Part shown: positions 1 to 12,771 of the stretch, one piece after another
Position numbering within the stretch: the stretch's first letter is position 1
Layout: every line of letters begins with the position of its first letter
Program-made: the position numbers and the translations under genes
The notes under the pieces: generated by a model
Told to the model about the DNA's origin: nothing
What the model saw: only the letters and a program-made list of their open reading frames with translations
Databases searched by the model: none
Assembly (NCBI RefSeq): GCF_044704955.1
Contig: NC_091986.1
Location: 191,456,001 to 191,520,000, forward strand
Length of the DNA: 64,000 bases
Reading direction: 5' to 3'
Source of the DNA: Pristiophorus japonicus
Lineage: Eukaryota

Positions 1-112
1 CACTTAGCCCTTGACTGAGTGTAACCTACCCCTTGCGAGCAAGTAAATTAAAGAAACTTCTACCGGAGCTGTAAGTGTCGGAGTCATTCTTTTCGGAGAT
101 CGAGATTTCGAC

Positions 113-980
113 AGTACCCCTTTCCTGCTTTCTCTCCATACCCCTTGATCCCTTTAGCCGTAAGGGCCATATCTAACTCCCTCTTGAATATATCTAATAA
201 ACTGGCGTCAACAACTCTCTGTGGTAGAGAATTCCACAGGTTAACAACTCTGAGTGAAGAAGTTTTGCCTCATCTCGGTCCTAAATGGCTTACCCCTTAT
301 CCTGAAGACTGTGACCCCTGGTTCTGGACTTCCCCAACACTGGGAACATTCTTCCTGCATCTAACCTGCCCAGTTCTGTCAGAATTTTATGTTTCTGAGA
401 GATCCCCTCTCATCCTTCTAAACTCCAGTGTAGAAAGGCCCAGTTGATCCAGTCTTTCTTCATATGTCAGTCCTGCCATCCTGGGAATCAGTCTGGTGAA
501 CCTTCGCTGCACTCCCTCAATAGCAAGAATGTCCTTCCTCAGATTAGGAGACCAAAACTGAACACAATATTCCAGGTGAGGCTTCACCAAGGCCCTGTAT
601 GTACAACTGCAGTAAGACCTCCCTGCTCCTATACTCAAAACCCCTAGCTATGAAGGCCAACATGCCATTTGCCTTCTTCACTGCCTGCTGCACCTGCATG
701 CCAACTTTCAATGACTGATGTACCATGACATCCAAGTCTCGTTGCACCTCCCCTTTTCCTAATCTGCTGCCATTCAGATAATATTCTGCCTTCATGTTTT
801 TGCTCCCAAAGTGGATAACCTTACATTTATCCACATTATACTGCACATGCATTTGCCCACTCACCTAACCTGTGCAAGTCACCCTGCAGCCTCTTAGCAT
901 CCTCCTCACAGCTCACACCGCCACCCAGCTTAGTGTCATCTGCAAACTTGGAGATATTACACTCAATTCCATCATCTAAC
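113..980 (-). mobile_element. CR1-type LINE, 3' part of ORF2 (RT C-terminal region), decayed
   Basis: Minus ORFs give QYNVDKCKVIHFG, GFEYRSREVLLQLY and PHLEYCVQFWSP, typical of CR1 ORF2. Boundaries approximate. Confidence 0.9.
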
Positions 981-1388
981 TCATTGGAGTTTAAAAGATG
1001 GAGAGGTGATCTTATTGAAATGTATAAGATTCTGAGGAGGCTTGACAGGATAGATGCAGAGAGGAAGTTTCCTCTTGTGGGGGAATTTAGAACTAGTGGG
1101 CATAGTCTCAGAATAAGGGATCGCCTATTTAAAGTAGAAATAGGAAGAATTTCTTCTGAGAGTCATGAATCTTTGGAATTCTCTACCCCAGAGAGCTGTG
1201 GAAGCTGGGTCATTGATTATATTTAAGGTGGAGATAGACAGACTTTTGAAAGATAAGGGAGTCAAGGGTTATGTGGAGCGGGCAGGGGAGTGGAGTTGAA
1301 ACCAAGATCAGATATGATCTTATTAAAAGACGGAGCAGGCTCGAGGGGCCAGATGGCCTACTCCTGCTCCTATTTCTTATGTTCTTAT
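981..1388 (+). mobile_element. CR1 LINE 3' fragment with (TTCTTATG)n-like tail
   Basis: LEFKRWRGDLIEMYKIL...GHSLRIR; ends TATTTCTTATGTTCTTAT directly before the LTR. Confidence 0.88.
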
Positions 1389-1602
1389 TGTTATATATGT
1401 GGACTTGTATTTACTCTGTACAGCCACCAGAGGGCTCATCCTCTGGAGTCTCAAGGGATTATGGGATCCCTTGGGAGCACAGGTATTTAAGGAAGCTTCA
1501 CAGGCTGAAGAGGCACTCTGGAGACCTGCAACAAAAGACTACGGTCACACTTTACTTTGAGCTCACAGTATTCAGTCTGACTCTTTCTCCATACACTACA
1601 AC

Positions 1603-1612
1603 TGGCGACGAG
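1603..1612 (+). promoter_or_regulatory. Primer-binding site, complementary to a tRNA 3' end (probably tRNA-Ser(GCT))
   Basis: TGGCGACGAG starts 2 nt after the 5' LTR. The tRNA assignment rests on my recall of the vertebrate tRNA-Ser(GCT) end ...CTCGTCGCCA. Confidence 0.7.
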
Positions 1613-4600
1613 ATACAGATAGCAAACCCAAAGATGCAGAGAACAGTGGGCATCGTGGAGAAATTCTCGAAGGAAGATGATTGGGAAACTTTTGTGGAGC
1701 GACTCGACCAATACTTCATGGTCAACAGGCTAGATGGGGAAGAGAGTGCTGCCAAATGAAGGGCGATCCTCCTCACTGTCTGTGGGGCACCAACATATGG
1801 CCTCATGAAGAATCTGCTCACTCCAGTGAAACCCACGGAGAAATCATACGACAATTTGTGCACACTGGTTCGAGAGCATTTGAACCCGAAGGAAACCGTT
1901 CTGATGGCGAGGTACCGGTTCTACACCTACAAAAGCTCTGAAGGCCAGGAAGTGATGAGTTATGTCGCCGAGCTAAGACGCCTTGCAGGACATTGCGAAT
2001 TTGAAGGACATTTGGAGCACATGCTCAGAGACTTTATCGTACTTGGCATTGGCCACAAAACCATACTTCGCAAACTTTTGCCTGTAGAGACCCCAACCTT
2101 TAGTAAGGCCATAGCGATAGCCCAGGCATTCATTGCCACCAGTGACAATACGAAGCAAATCTCCCAGCACACAAGTGCTGCTACAAGTACTGTGAACAAA
2201 GTGATGTTGTTTTCGAATCATAACGTACAGGCCGTTCACACATACCTGCAACTACACGTCCGCAGATGTCTCAGAGTCCACCATCAAGGGTGATGAATGC
2301 AAAGCCATTAACACCTTGTTGGCGCTGCAGGGACGATCATCGTTACCATTCATGCCGATTCAAAGAGTATGTTTGCAAGGGTTGTGGAACAATGGGACAC
2401 CTCCAAGGAGCGTGCAGGCAAGCTGCAAAGTCTGTTAAACCTGCAAACCACCATGTTGCAGAGGAGGACAGATCAACAGAGGATCACAACGAACCAGAGC
2501 CTCAGATAGAGGAGGCAGAGGTACATGGGGTGCACACATTCACTACGAATTGTCCCCCAATAATGCTGAATGTTGAACTAAATGGACTCCTGCTGTCAAT
2601 GGAGCTAGACACGGGCGCGAACCAGTCCATCATGGGCAAAAAGACTTTCGAAAGGTTGTGGTGCAACAAGGCCTCAAGGCTAGTCTTTACTCCAGTTCAC
2701 ACGAAACTAAGAACTTACACGAAAGAACCGATTCCTGTAATCAGCAGTGCTACCTTAAAGGTCTTCTACGATGGAATGGTGCACAAGCTACCACTCTGGG
2801 TGGTACCGGGCGATGGTCCCATGCTGCTCGGCAGGAGCTGACTGGGAAAGATACGCTGGAACTGGGACGATGTCCGAGCGCTACCGCCTGCTGACGAGAC
2901 TTCGTGTGCCCAGGTCTTAAAAAATTTCCTTCGCTGTTCGAACCAAACATCGGGAAATTCCAAGGAGCGACCCATCCATCACAAGGCGAGAGCAGTACCA
3001 TATATGATGAGAAAGGGTAGAGATCGAGCTAGACCGGCTGCAAAGAGAGGGCATCATTTCCCCGATTGAGTTCAATGAGTGGGCCAGTCCTATTGTCCCA
3101 GTTCTCAAGGGAGACGGCACCGTCAGAATCTGTGGCGATTACAAAATAACTATCAATCGTTTCTCCCTGCAGGACCAATACCCACGACCAAAGGCCGACG
3201 ACCTCTTTGCAACGCTGGTGGGAGGAGAGACGTTCACGAAGCTGGATCTGACTTCAGCTTACATGACATAGGAACTGGAGGAATCATCGAAGGCCCTCAC
3301 CTGCATCAACACACACAAAGGTCTTTTTGTTTATAATAGATGCCCGCTTAGAATCCAATCGGCGGCGGCGATATTCCAGAGAAACATGGCAAGCTTACTG
3401 AAGTCCGTCCTGCACACAGTCCAGCTTGGTCACAGGTCGGAACACAGTCGAGCATCTGCAGAACCTGGAAGAGACTCTTAGTCGACTCAACCGCGTGGGG
3501 CTCAGATTAAAACGCTCGAAGTGCGTTTTCCTGGCACCTGAAGTGGAGTTCCTGGGAAGGAGGATTGCGGCGGAGGGCATCAGGCCGACCAACTCGAAGA
3601 CGGAGGCAATCGAGAACGCACCGAAGCCACAGAATGTGACGGAGCTGCGGTCGTTTCTGGGACTCCTGAACTACTTTGGTAACTTCTTACCAGGTCTCAG
3701 CACACTGCTAGAACCACTGCATGTCTTACTACGAAAAGGGGACGAATGGATTTGGAGCAAAAGCCAAGAAAACGTCTTTGTAAAAACGAGAAAATGGATA
3801 TGCTCAAACAAATTGCTTATGTTGTATGATCCATGTAAGCGTTTGGTACTAGCATGTGATGCGTCGTCATATGGCGTCGGGTGTGTATTGCAACAAGCTA
3901 ATGATTTCGGGAAACTGCAACCGGTTGCTTATGCATCCAGGAGTCTGTCGAAGGCTGAGAGTGCCTACAGCATGATTGAGAAAGAAGCATTAGCATGTGT
4001 CTATGGGGTAAAGAAAATGCATCAATACCTGTTTGGGCTAAAATTTGAATTGGAAACTGACCATAAGCCACTTATATTCCTGTTTTCCGAGAATAAAGGG
4101 ATAAATACCAATGCATCGGCCCGCATACAGAGATGGGCGCTCACGTTGTCCGTATACAACTACGCCATCTGCCACAGGCCAGGCACAGAAAACTGCGCCG
4201 ATGCTCTCAGTAGGCTGCCACTGCCCACCATGGGGGTGGAAATGGCACAGTCCACAGATCTAGCCATGGTTATGGAAGCATTTGAGAGTGAGCAATCACC
4301 CATCACTGCCCGGCAGATCAAAACCAGGACAAGCCAGAACCCCTTATTATCTCAAGTCGTGTGCTTCACAGGAGCTAGGCCAGTGTCCCAGTGGAATTGC
4401 AGGAAGAGTTAAAGCCGTTCCAGCGGCGCAAAGATGAAATGTCTATACAGGCAGACTGCCTTCTGTGGGGCAATCGAGTAGTGGTCCCCAAGAAAGGCAG
4501 AGACACCATCAATTACCTCCACAGTACCCACCCAGGCACCGTAATGATGAAAGCGATAGCCAGATCCCACGTGTGGTGGCCCGGTATCGATGCGGACTTA

Positions 4601-5198
4601 GAGTCCTGCATTCACAGATGTAATACATGCTCGCAGTTAAGCAATGTACCCAGGGAGGCGCTGCTAAGTTTATGGTCTTGGCCCTCCAAATCGTGGTCTA
4701 GGGTACATGTTGACTATGCAGGCCTGTTCTTGGGTAAAATGTTCCTTGTGGTTGTAGACGCGTACTCCAAGTGGATTGAATGCAAGATAATGTCGGCTAG
4801 CACATCCGCTACCACTACTGAAAACCTGCGGGCCATGTTTGTCACTCATGGCTTACCCGATGTCCTGGTGAGCGACAACGGGCCATGTTTTACCAGTGCT
4901 AATTTCAAAGAATTCATGACCCGTAACGGGATCAAACATGTCACATCTGCCCTGTTTAAACCTGCGTCCAATGGTCAGGCAGAGAGAGCAGTGCAAACCA
5001 TCAAGCAAGGCTTGAAGAGGGTAACTGAAGGCTCACCTATCAGACGCGCCTATCCAGTGACCTGCTTAGCTACCGCACGAGACCCCACTCACTCACTGGG
5101 ATCCCACCTGCTGAACTGCTCATGAAAAGAGCACTTAATACAAGGCTCTCGTTAGTTCACCCTGATCTACATGAACAGGTAGAGAGCAGGCGGCTTCA

Positions 5199-5304
5199 AC
5201 AAATACAGGATCTCCGACTTCAATCTCGTGACACATTTGCGCGATCATGGTAATGATCGCGCAAATGTGTCACGCGAGATTGAAGTCAATGATCCTGTAT
5301 TTGT
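5199..5304. repeat. About 50 bp inverted repeat (long hairpin, 4 nt loop) inside the element 1 integrase C-terminus
   Basis: 5199-5248 is the near-perfect reverse complement of 5253-5304. Confidence 0.93.
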
Positions 5305-6089
5305 ATTAAATTATGGACAAGGTCCCAAGTGGCTTCCCGGCACTGTCGTGGCCAAAGAGGGGAGCAGAGTGTTTCGGGTCAAACTTTCAAATGGACTCAT
5401 TCACCGGAAACACTTGGACCAAATCAAACTCAGATTCACAGACTATCCTGAGCAACCCACCTTGGACCCTAACCTTTTTTGATCTCCCAACATACACGTC
5501 AGTGGCAACCGGCACTACGATTGACCACGAAGCAGAACTCATCACCCGCAGCAGCCCTGCAGGGCCCAACACACCAGGCAGCAAAACAAGGTCAGCTGCA
5601 CAGCGAGGGCCCAACAAATGATTCAACGACAGCAGCTTTCACACCGAGACGATCAACCAGGGCAAGAAGGGCCCCAGATCGACTCACATTGTAAATAGTT
5701 ACACTATTGTATTGGGAGGGAGTGTTGTTATATATATGTGGACTTGTATTTACTCTGTACCGCCACCAGAGGGCTCATCCCCTGGAGTCCCAAGGGATCC
5801 CATAATCCCTTGGGAACACAGGTATTTAAGGAGGCTTCGCAGGCTGAAGAGGCACCCTGGAGACCTGCAATAAAAGACTATGGTCACACACTACTTTGAG
5901 TTCAGTGTTCAGTCTGACTCTTTCTCCATATACTACACATCACTTCCATGCAGCACTCTACATTCGGATCCCAACTGTTAATCAACCCTGTGCATCTTGG
6001 CAACATTATGCTTGCCTATCTTTTTCATATTTGAATTTAAGGTATCCAATTAGATGGAGAAAAGAGGCTGGCTGAATGGACTGTTATAC

Positions 6090-6495
6090 CTTGATTGGCA
6101 CAGGCCATTTGGGCTAACTAGTCCATGCTGATGTTTATGCTGCACTTGAGCCTCCTCCCATCCTTCCTCTCTAACTCGCTCAGCATAACCCTCTATTCCC
6201 TTCTCCCTCATATGCTATCTAGCTTACCCTTAAATGCATCTATATTTTACACCTCAACTACTCCCTGTAGTAGCGACTAACATTCTCAACACTTTTTGAG
6301 TAAAGAAGTTTCTTCTGAATTCCCTATTGGATTTCTTAGTGACTCTCTTATATTGGTGGCCTCTAGTTTTGCTCTTCCCCACAAGTGGAAACTTTCTCTC
6401 TGTCTACTCAAATCAAAACCGTTCATAATTTTAAAGACCTCTATTAGATCACCCCTCAGCATTCTTTTCAAGCGAAGAGAGACCCAGCCTTTAAG
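6090..6495 (-). mobile_element. Old CR1 3' fragment
   Basis: Minus ORF LKRMLRGDLIEVFKIMNGFD. Boundaries approximate. Confidence 0.8.
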
Positions 6496-6663
6496 ATAAC
6501 TGAATTTTGTTTCCTGCATGGTTAGATTACATCAGCAGACACCAATTTGCATGGCGACTATACAAAAAGTTGTTACAAAAAATAAGTTAAAATACTAAGC
6601 ATTGTGAACACCAAATCAGGAAAACTTTTAATGTGCAATTTGTTTTTTCCATACCAAATAGTT

Positions 6664-6830
6664 ACATAAGAAATAGGAAATAAGAGCAGGCCATCTGGCC
6701 CCTCGAGCCTGCTCCGCCGTTCAATAAGATCATGGGTGATCTGATCTCGGCCTCAACTCCACTTCCCTGCCCGCTCCCCATAACACTGGACTCCCTTAAG
6801 TTTCAAAAATCTGTCTATCTCCACCTTAAA
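6664..6830 (-). mobile_element. CR1 3' tail fragment
   Basis: CATAAGAAATAGG...CTCGAGCCTGCTCCGCC, the same 3' UTR as other CR1 copies in the window. Confidence 0.8.
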
Positions 6831-8164
6831 AATTCTATTTCCAGTTTCAAGAAATCAACATCAAAATTAAAATAATTTCTACAGGATTACCAGGCAGCAG
6901 ACCGACTCAGTGTAAAATGCATGGACTTACCGAAACAATATAGTGACTTTGTACAGCCACAATAGTTAGTGGAGTCCATTCCCACAAATCCTCAAACAAC
7001 ATGCTCACAATCTTGTTTAGGCTGTTGGGAGGTAGGTCAGATGACATCATAAAACATCACCTGACTGCTGAAGTGGGACTATTACCTTATACTCACTCCC
7101 TTTTAGCATTTGTTTTTAATTAGCCATCAAAACTCAGTGCACACCATCATAAAGCCTACATTGAAAGATTTGGGGCTGAATTTTCCGTGGTAGTAGCAGG
7201 CACGATCAGTGGCGGGTCAGGTAGGAAAGTTGTTTTTTTGGACAGTGGGTCAGGAACGATCTGCAACTGCGGGGGACCCAATTGAAATAATTATGAGGTA
7301 CTTTACAGGCATTTAAGAGCCTTTCCTCCACCCCACCTCCTCCCACTTTTTAAATTTCACTGCACAGCCACGAGATTCACACAGCTCGGAACCATATCTG
7401 TCAACCTGAGGTGTGACCGTGGCCATTGCTCCAGCTGAATACTTGACAGTATGGAAAACAAATCAAAATAAAAACATGTTTATTTCATCTGCTAACAGAT
7501 TGATGGTGATTCTGTTCTACTGGTGAATGTTAATGTTTCACTGGCCATTCTTGGCTGTTGCCTTCCAACTGAACAGTAATTACAGTGAATTGATCTGCAC
7601 TATAAAAAAATGACTTACACCATTTAAATAAATGTGTGTGTTTCTGGTCAGGTTTTTCCTCACAGTATACTGTGATTGTCCAGTTACACATTAAATCAAG
7701 TCATCAACCATAACAATTTAATTCTCATCATTCATTCCACTGGTTCAATTTGCTTCCAGTCCCTGAACATGACTAATGTAATTTTTCAGTCTGAGATTTT
7801 AGAGCGGAGGTTCTCTCACTTGTCCATTGTTAACTTCAACGGAAGAGCTGCAGGAATCCCAGAAACACATTGTAAGCACCACTTGCACTGTGTCAGGGAT
7901 TCCGCAGCTGTTCTGCGGAATTTGCATAAGATTGTAAATCCACACTTTTACACTTACATAAAATTAAGCAGATTTTAAATATATTACCTATACACACACA
8001 TCTTTTATTTGTACCAGTTACTGATACAGAAATCTATAGATTTGTGACTAAAGCACCAGTAACGTCACAATTAATGTACTTTTAAAATTATGTTCTTGAT
8101 CATATTTGAAGATGGAGTTATATTACTTAATAAATTTTATTAAAATATTTCTTTGTCACGCATA

Positions 8165-9530
8165 TATAACATAGAAACATAGAAAATAGGTGTAGGAGCA
8201 GGCCATTCGGCCCTTCAAGCCTGCATCACCATTCAATATGATCGTGGCTGATCTTTCAACTTCAGTACCCCACTCCTGCCTTCTCTCGATACCCTCTGAT
8301 CCCTTTAGACGCAAGGGCCACATCTAATTCCCTTTTGAATATATCCAACAAACTGGACTCAACAACTTTCTGTGGTAGAGAATTCCAAAGGTTCACAATT
8401 CTCTGGGTGAAAAAGTTTCTCCTCATCTCGGTCCTATATGGCTTACCCCTTATCCTTAGACTGTGACCCCTGGTTCTGAACTTCCCCAACATCGGGAACA
8501 TTCTTCCTGCATCATTTTATATGCTTCGATGAGATCCCCTCTCATTCTTCTAAATTCCAGTGAATATAAGCCTAGTCGATCCAGTCATTCTTCATATGTT
8601 AGTCCTGCCATCCCAGGAATCAGTCTGGTGAACCTTTGCTGCACTCCCTCAATAGCAAGAATGTCCTTCCTCAGATTAGGAGACCAAAACGGCACACAAT
8701 ACTCAAGGTGTGGTCTCAACAAGGCCCTGCACAACTGCAAGACCTCCCTGCTCCTATACTCAAATCCTTTCGCTATGAAGGCCAACATGCTATTTGCTTT
8801 CTTTACTGCCTGCTGTACCTGCATGCCTACTTTCAATGACTGATGTACACCCAGGTCTCGCTGCACCTCCCCTTTTACTAATCTGTCACCATTCAGATGA
8901 TAATCTGTCTTCCTGTTTTTGCCACCAAAGTAGATAACCTCACACTTATCCACATTATACTGCATCTGCCCACTCACCTAACCTGTCTAAGTTACCCTGC
9001 AGCCTCGTAGCATCCTCCTCACAGCTCACACTGCCACCCAGCTTAGTGCCATCTGCAAACTTGGAGATACTACACTCAGTTCTTTCGTTTAAATCATTAA
9101 TATATATTGTAAATAGCTGGGATCCCAGCAATGAACCTTGCAGTGCCCCACTAGTCACTACCTACCATTCTGAAAAGGACCCGTTTATTCCCACTCTCTG
9201 CTTCCTGTCTGCCAACCAGTTCTCTATTCACGTCAATACATTACCCCCCAATCCCATGTGCCTTAATTTTGCACACTAATCTCTTATGTGGGACCTTGTC
9301 AAAAGTCTTTTGAAAGTCCAAATACACCACATCACCTCTACCAGTTACATCCTCAAAAATTTCTAGACGATTTCTCAAGCATGATTTCCCTTTCATAAAT
9401 CCATGCTGACTGGGACCGATCCTATCACTGCTTTCCAAATGCGCAGCTATTACATCTTTAATAATTGATTCCAGCATTTTCCGCACCACCGATGTCAGGT
9501 TAACTGGTCTATAATTCCCGGTTTTCTCTT
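8165..9530 (-). mobile_element. CR1 LINE, 5'-truncated (RT domain to tail)
   Basis: QHGFMKGKSC, VVYLDFQKTFDKVPH, ISKFADGTKL; tail ACATAGAAACATAGAAAATAGG at the left end. Confidence 0.93.
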
Positions 9531-10258
9531 TTAACTTTTATTACATTATTATACAGTAAAGAGATTGAATTAAAAATTCAATGTGGCCATTGTCCCTTTA
9601 GGGATCCCGGCTTAAAACACGTCATGAATGACGTCACCAGATCCGCTACATCTAATTGGGCCGGGTAACATGCTGGACAGGCTTAATAGGCCCCATTAAG
9701 GTAATTTCATTCTGTCCAGCGGGATTGGGATCCACCACAGACATCGGCTGCACCGGACCCGCCAAGGTAAGGAAAATTCCGGCCTAAGAATTATTTGCAA
9801 TCACTGCAAAGTTCAATAATAATGTATAGTCCATTACCAGAAGGTCTCAGGCAAACTTGCTCAAGCTCAAAATGGCGCTTGAGCAAATGAAGCTAGAGAC
9901 CATCTGTGGCATACGAAGAGAGGGGGTTTCTGAAGTGCACCTTTCAGAAAACGGTCACTACTCGGGTAACAAATATGAAGGGGAGAAATCCTCTGAAATC
10001 ACTTCTTCAATAGTATCCAGAAAAATGGACCTATATGCCCAGATTTGCTTGCATATAACCAATGCATTACTTCAAAAGCATATCATTGCATGAAATCCTT
10101 GAAGAATGGTAGCATAATACATTAAATAATTGGAAGTACATAGTCAGTGGTGTCCCTTATTGAATTCACAACATTTTTTTAATTAAATAAAATTAACTTC
10201 TCATTACTTTTCAACTGATCACCCTTAAAAAATACCTCTGAAAAATGTATGCTGATAA

Positions 10259-11050
10259 CACCCAGCTCCACCTCACTCGACCCCTCCACTATCTCTAAAT
10301 TATCAGACTGTTTGTCCGACATTTAGTACTGGATGAGTAGGAATTTCCTCCAACTAAATATTGGGAAGACCGAAGCCATTGTCTTCGGTCCCCGCCACAA
10401 ACACTGTTCCCTAGCCATCAACTCCATCTCTAGCCCTAGCAATTGTCTGAGGCTGAACCAGATTGTTCCTAACTTCTGTCAGATTTGACCTCGAGATGAG
10501 CTTCCATCCACATGTCCGTGCCATCACCAAGACCGCCTACTTCCACATTCGTAACATCGTCCGACTCTGCCCCTGCATCAGCTTATCTGCTACTCAAAAC
10601 CTCATCCATGCCTTGTTACTTATAGACTTGACTATTCCAACGCACTGCTGGTCTCCCATCTTCCATAAACTTAAAGTCATCCAATACTGTGCTGCCTGTA
10701 TTCTAACTTGCACCAAGTCCTGTTCACCCATAACCCCAATGCTCGCTGATCTACATTGGCTCCCAGTTAAGCAACGTCTTGATTTTAAAATTCTCAACCT
10801 CGTTTTCAAATCCCTCCATGGCCTTGGCCCACCCTATCTTTGTAATCTCCACCAGCCCTACCACTCATATCTGCGTCCCTCTAATTCTGGCCTCTTGTGC
10901 ATCCCCAATTTTAATCACTTCACCATTAGCAGCCGTGCCTTCAGCTACCAAGACCCTAAGCTCTGGAATTCTCTCCCTAGAACTCTCCGCCTCTCTTTCC
11001 TCCTTTTAGAAATTCCTTGAAACCTACCTCTTTGACCAAGCTTTTGGTCA
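10259..11050 (+). mobile_element. L2 LINE 3' fragment
   Basis: ORF 10463-11020 (AITKTAYFHIRNI...SPITPMLADLHWLPVKQRLDFKIL...LWNSLP) is typical of the L2 ORF2 C-terminus. Confidence 0.9.
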
Positions 11051-11054
11051 TAAA

Positions 11055-11512
11055 ATCAGAATAGTACAGCACAGGAGGCCACCAATTGGTCCTTCGAGTC
11101 TGCGTCGACTCTTTCGAAGAGCAATCCAGTTAGTCCCACTCGCTGGCTCTTTCATGATTTTAAACGCCTCTACCATATCCCTGCAATTTTTTCTTTCACG
11201 TATTTATCTAATTCCCTTTTGAAGGCTACTATTGAATCTGTATCCACCATCCAATCAGGCAGTGCATTCCAAATCCTAACCAGTCACGTAAAAATGATTT
11301 TTCCTCGCGTTGCCTGCTTATTTGCCAACCACCTTAAATCTGTACCCTCTCGTTATCGACCCTTTAACTATTGGAAACAGTTTGTCTTTATTTAATCTAT
11401 CTAAACCTTTCATGATTTTAAACACCTCTATCAAATCTTGTTTTAGCATTCTCTGCTCCAAGGAGAACAATCCCAGCTTCTTCAGTCTATCCACATAACT
11501 GTAATCCCTTAT
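11055..11512 (-). mobile_element. Old CR1 3' fragment, interrupted by a SINE
   Basis: RLKKLGLFSLEQRMLKQDLIEVFKIMKG; the sequence resumes at about 11985 after the SINE. Confidence 0.8.
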
Positions 11513-11513
11513 C

Positions 11514-11985
11514 AAGTGTCAGCTGTGGTTCAGTTGGTAGCATCCTCACCTCTGAGTCAGAAACTTGTGGATTCAAGTCCCACTCCAGAGACTTGAGCAC
11601 AATAATCTAGGTTGACACTCGTGTGGTGCTGAGGGAGTGCTGCACTGTCAGAGATGCTGTCTTTCGAATGAGAAGTTAAACCAAGGCCCTGTCTGCTCTT
11701 TCAGGTTGACATAAAAGATCCCATGGCACTATTTCGAAGAAGAGCAGGGGAGTTCTCCCTGACGTCCTGGCCAATATTTATCCCTCAAATCAACAACACT
11801 TAAAAAAAACAGAATATTTGATCATTATCACATTGCTGTTTGTGGGAGCTTGCTGTGCGCAAATTGACTGCCGCATTTCCTACATTACAAGTGACTATAC
11901 TTCAAAAAGTCCTTTATTGGCTGTAAAGCATTTTGGGACATCCAGTGGTTGTAAAAGGTGGTATATAAATGCAACTTTTTCTTTT
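11514..11985 (+). mobile_element. tRNA-derived SINE, DeuSINE (SacSINE1-like), full length
   Basis: A-box TGGTTCAGTTGG, B-box-like GATTCAAGTCC, central domain shared with 4 other copies here, L2-like tail. Family name from recall. Confidence 0.8.
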
Positions 11986-12015
11986 ATCCCTGGAACCATT
12001 GCAGTAAATCTTTTA

Positions 12016-12400
12016 CAGAAACATAGAAAATAGGTGCAGGAGGAGGCCATTCAGCCCTTCGAGCCTGCACCACCATTCAATAAGATCATGGCTGATCATT
12101 CCCTCAGTACCCCTTTCCTGCTTTCTGTCCATACCCCTTGCCTGCTTTCTGTCCATACCCCTTGATCCCTTTAGCAGTAAGGGCCATATCCAACTTCCTC
12201 TTGAATATATCCAATGAACTGGCATCAACAACTCTCTGCGGAAGAGAATTCCACAGGCTCACAATTCTGAGTGAAGAAGTTTCTCATCTCGGTCCTAAAT
12301 GGCTTACCCCTTATCCTTAGATTGTGACCCCTGGTTCTGGACTTCCCCAACATCGGGAACATTCTTCCTGCATCTAACCTGTCCAGTCCCCTCAGAATTG
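12016..12400 (-). mobile_element. CR1 3' fragment with an internal 24 bp tandem duplication
   Basis: GRMFPMLGKSRTRGHNLRIRG; CCTGCTTTCTGTCCATACCCCTTG occurs twice at about 12117-12164. Confidence 0.88.
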
Positions 12401-12771
12401 GATATATCCTATCCAAACCCATTTGCCAATCTCTCAAATGTTTTTGTTTTATCTTAAAACACTCCTATAAAGCGCCTTGTGGCGTTTTACTACGTTAAAG
12501 GCGCTATATAAATACAAGTTGTTGTGGTCAAGTTTTGAGTGATTAACGCTCCTGTGAAGCGCCCTGGGACGGTAAAGGCGTTTTATATGTACATTGTTGT
12601 TGTTCCTGGACTATTCAACACACTACTGTGTCACCATGGGGGACAGTTAGACTCTCATATCTCCAGTGTCCATAAGGTGCAGTCCATCAGTGCAGCGCCT
12701 CTGTCAGGGACATTGCTGGCCGATCGCAGTCTGTACCAGTGCTCAGCGGAGGCCCACTGTCTTCCGCCTAC

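Larger units (their letters stand above)
1389..5937 (+). mobile_element. Gypsy LTR retrotransposon (element 1), near full length, inactivated by stops and frameshifts
   Basis: Direct LTRs 1389-1600 and 5726-5937 (TG...CA); PBS TGGCGACGAG at 1603-1612; PPT GGGAGGGAG before the 3' LTR. gag from ATG 1634 with Zn knuckles, then protease LDTGA, RT, RNase H LACDAS and integrase (SDNG), in Gypsy order. Confidence 0.96.

Noticed and set aside
7172-9787. GGGCTGAATTTTCC ... GGAAAATTCCGGCC(TAA) as the two TIRs of one Harbinger element
   Set aside because: Imperfect match, no matching TSD, and a mixed interior; these may be ends of two separate fragments.
11514-11590. tRNA gene
   Set aside because: The A/B boxes belong to the head of a multi-copy SINE.
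1-12700. UNC50 coding exons expected from human synteny
   Set aside because: No UNC50-like peptide seen on the minus strand, so no symbol was assigned.
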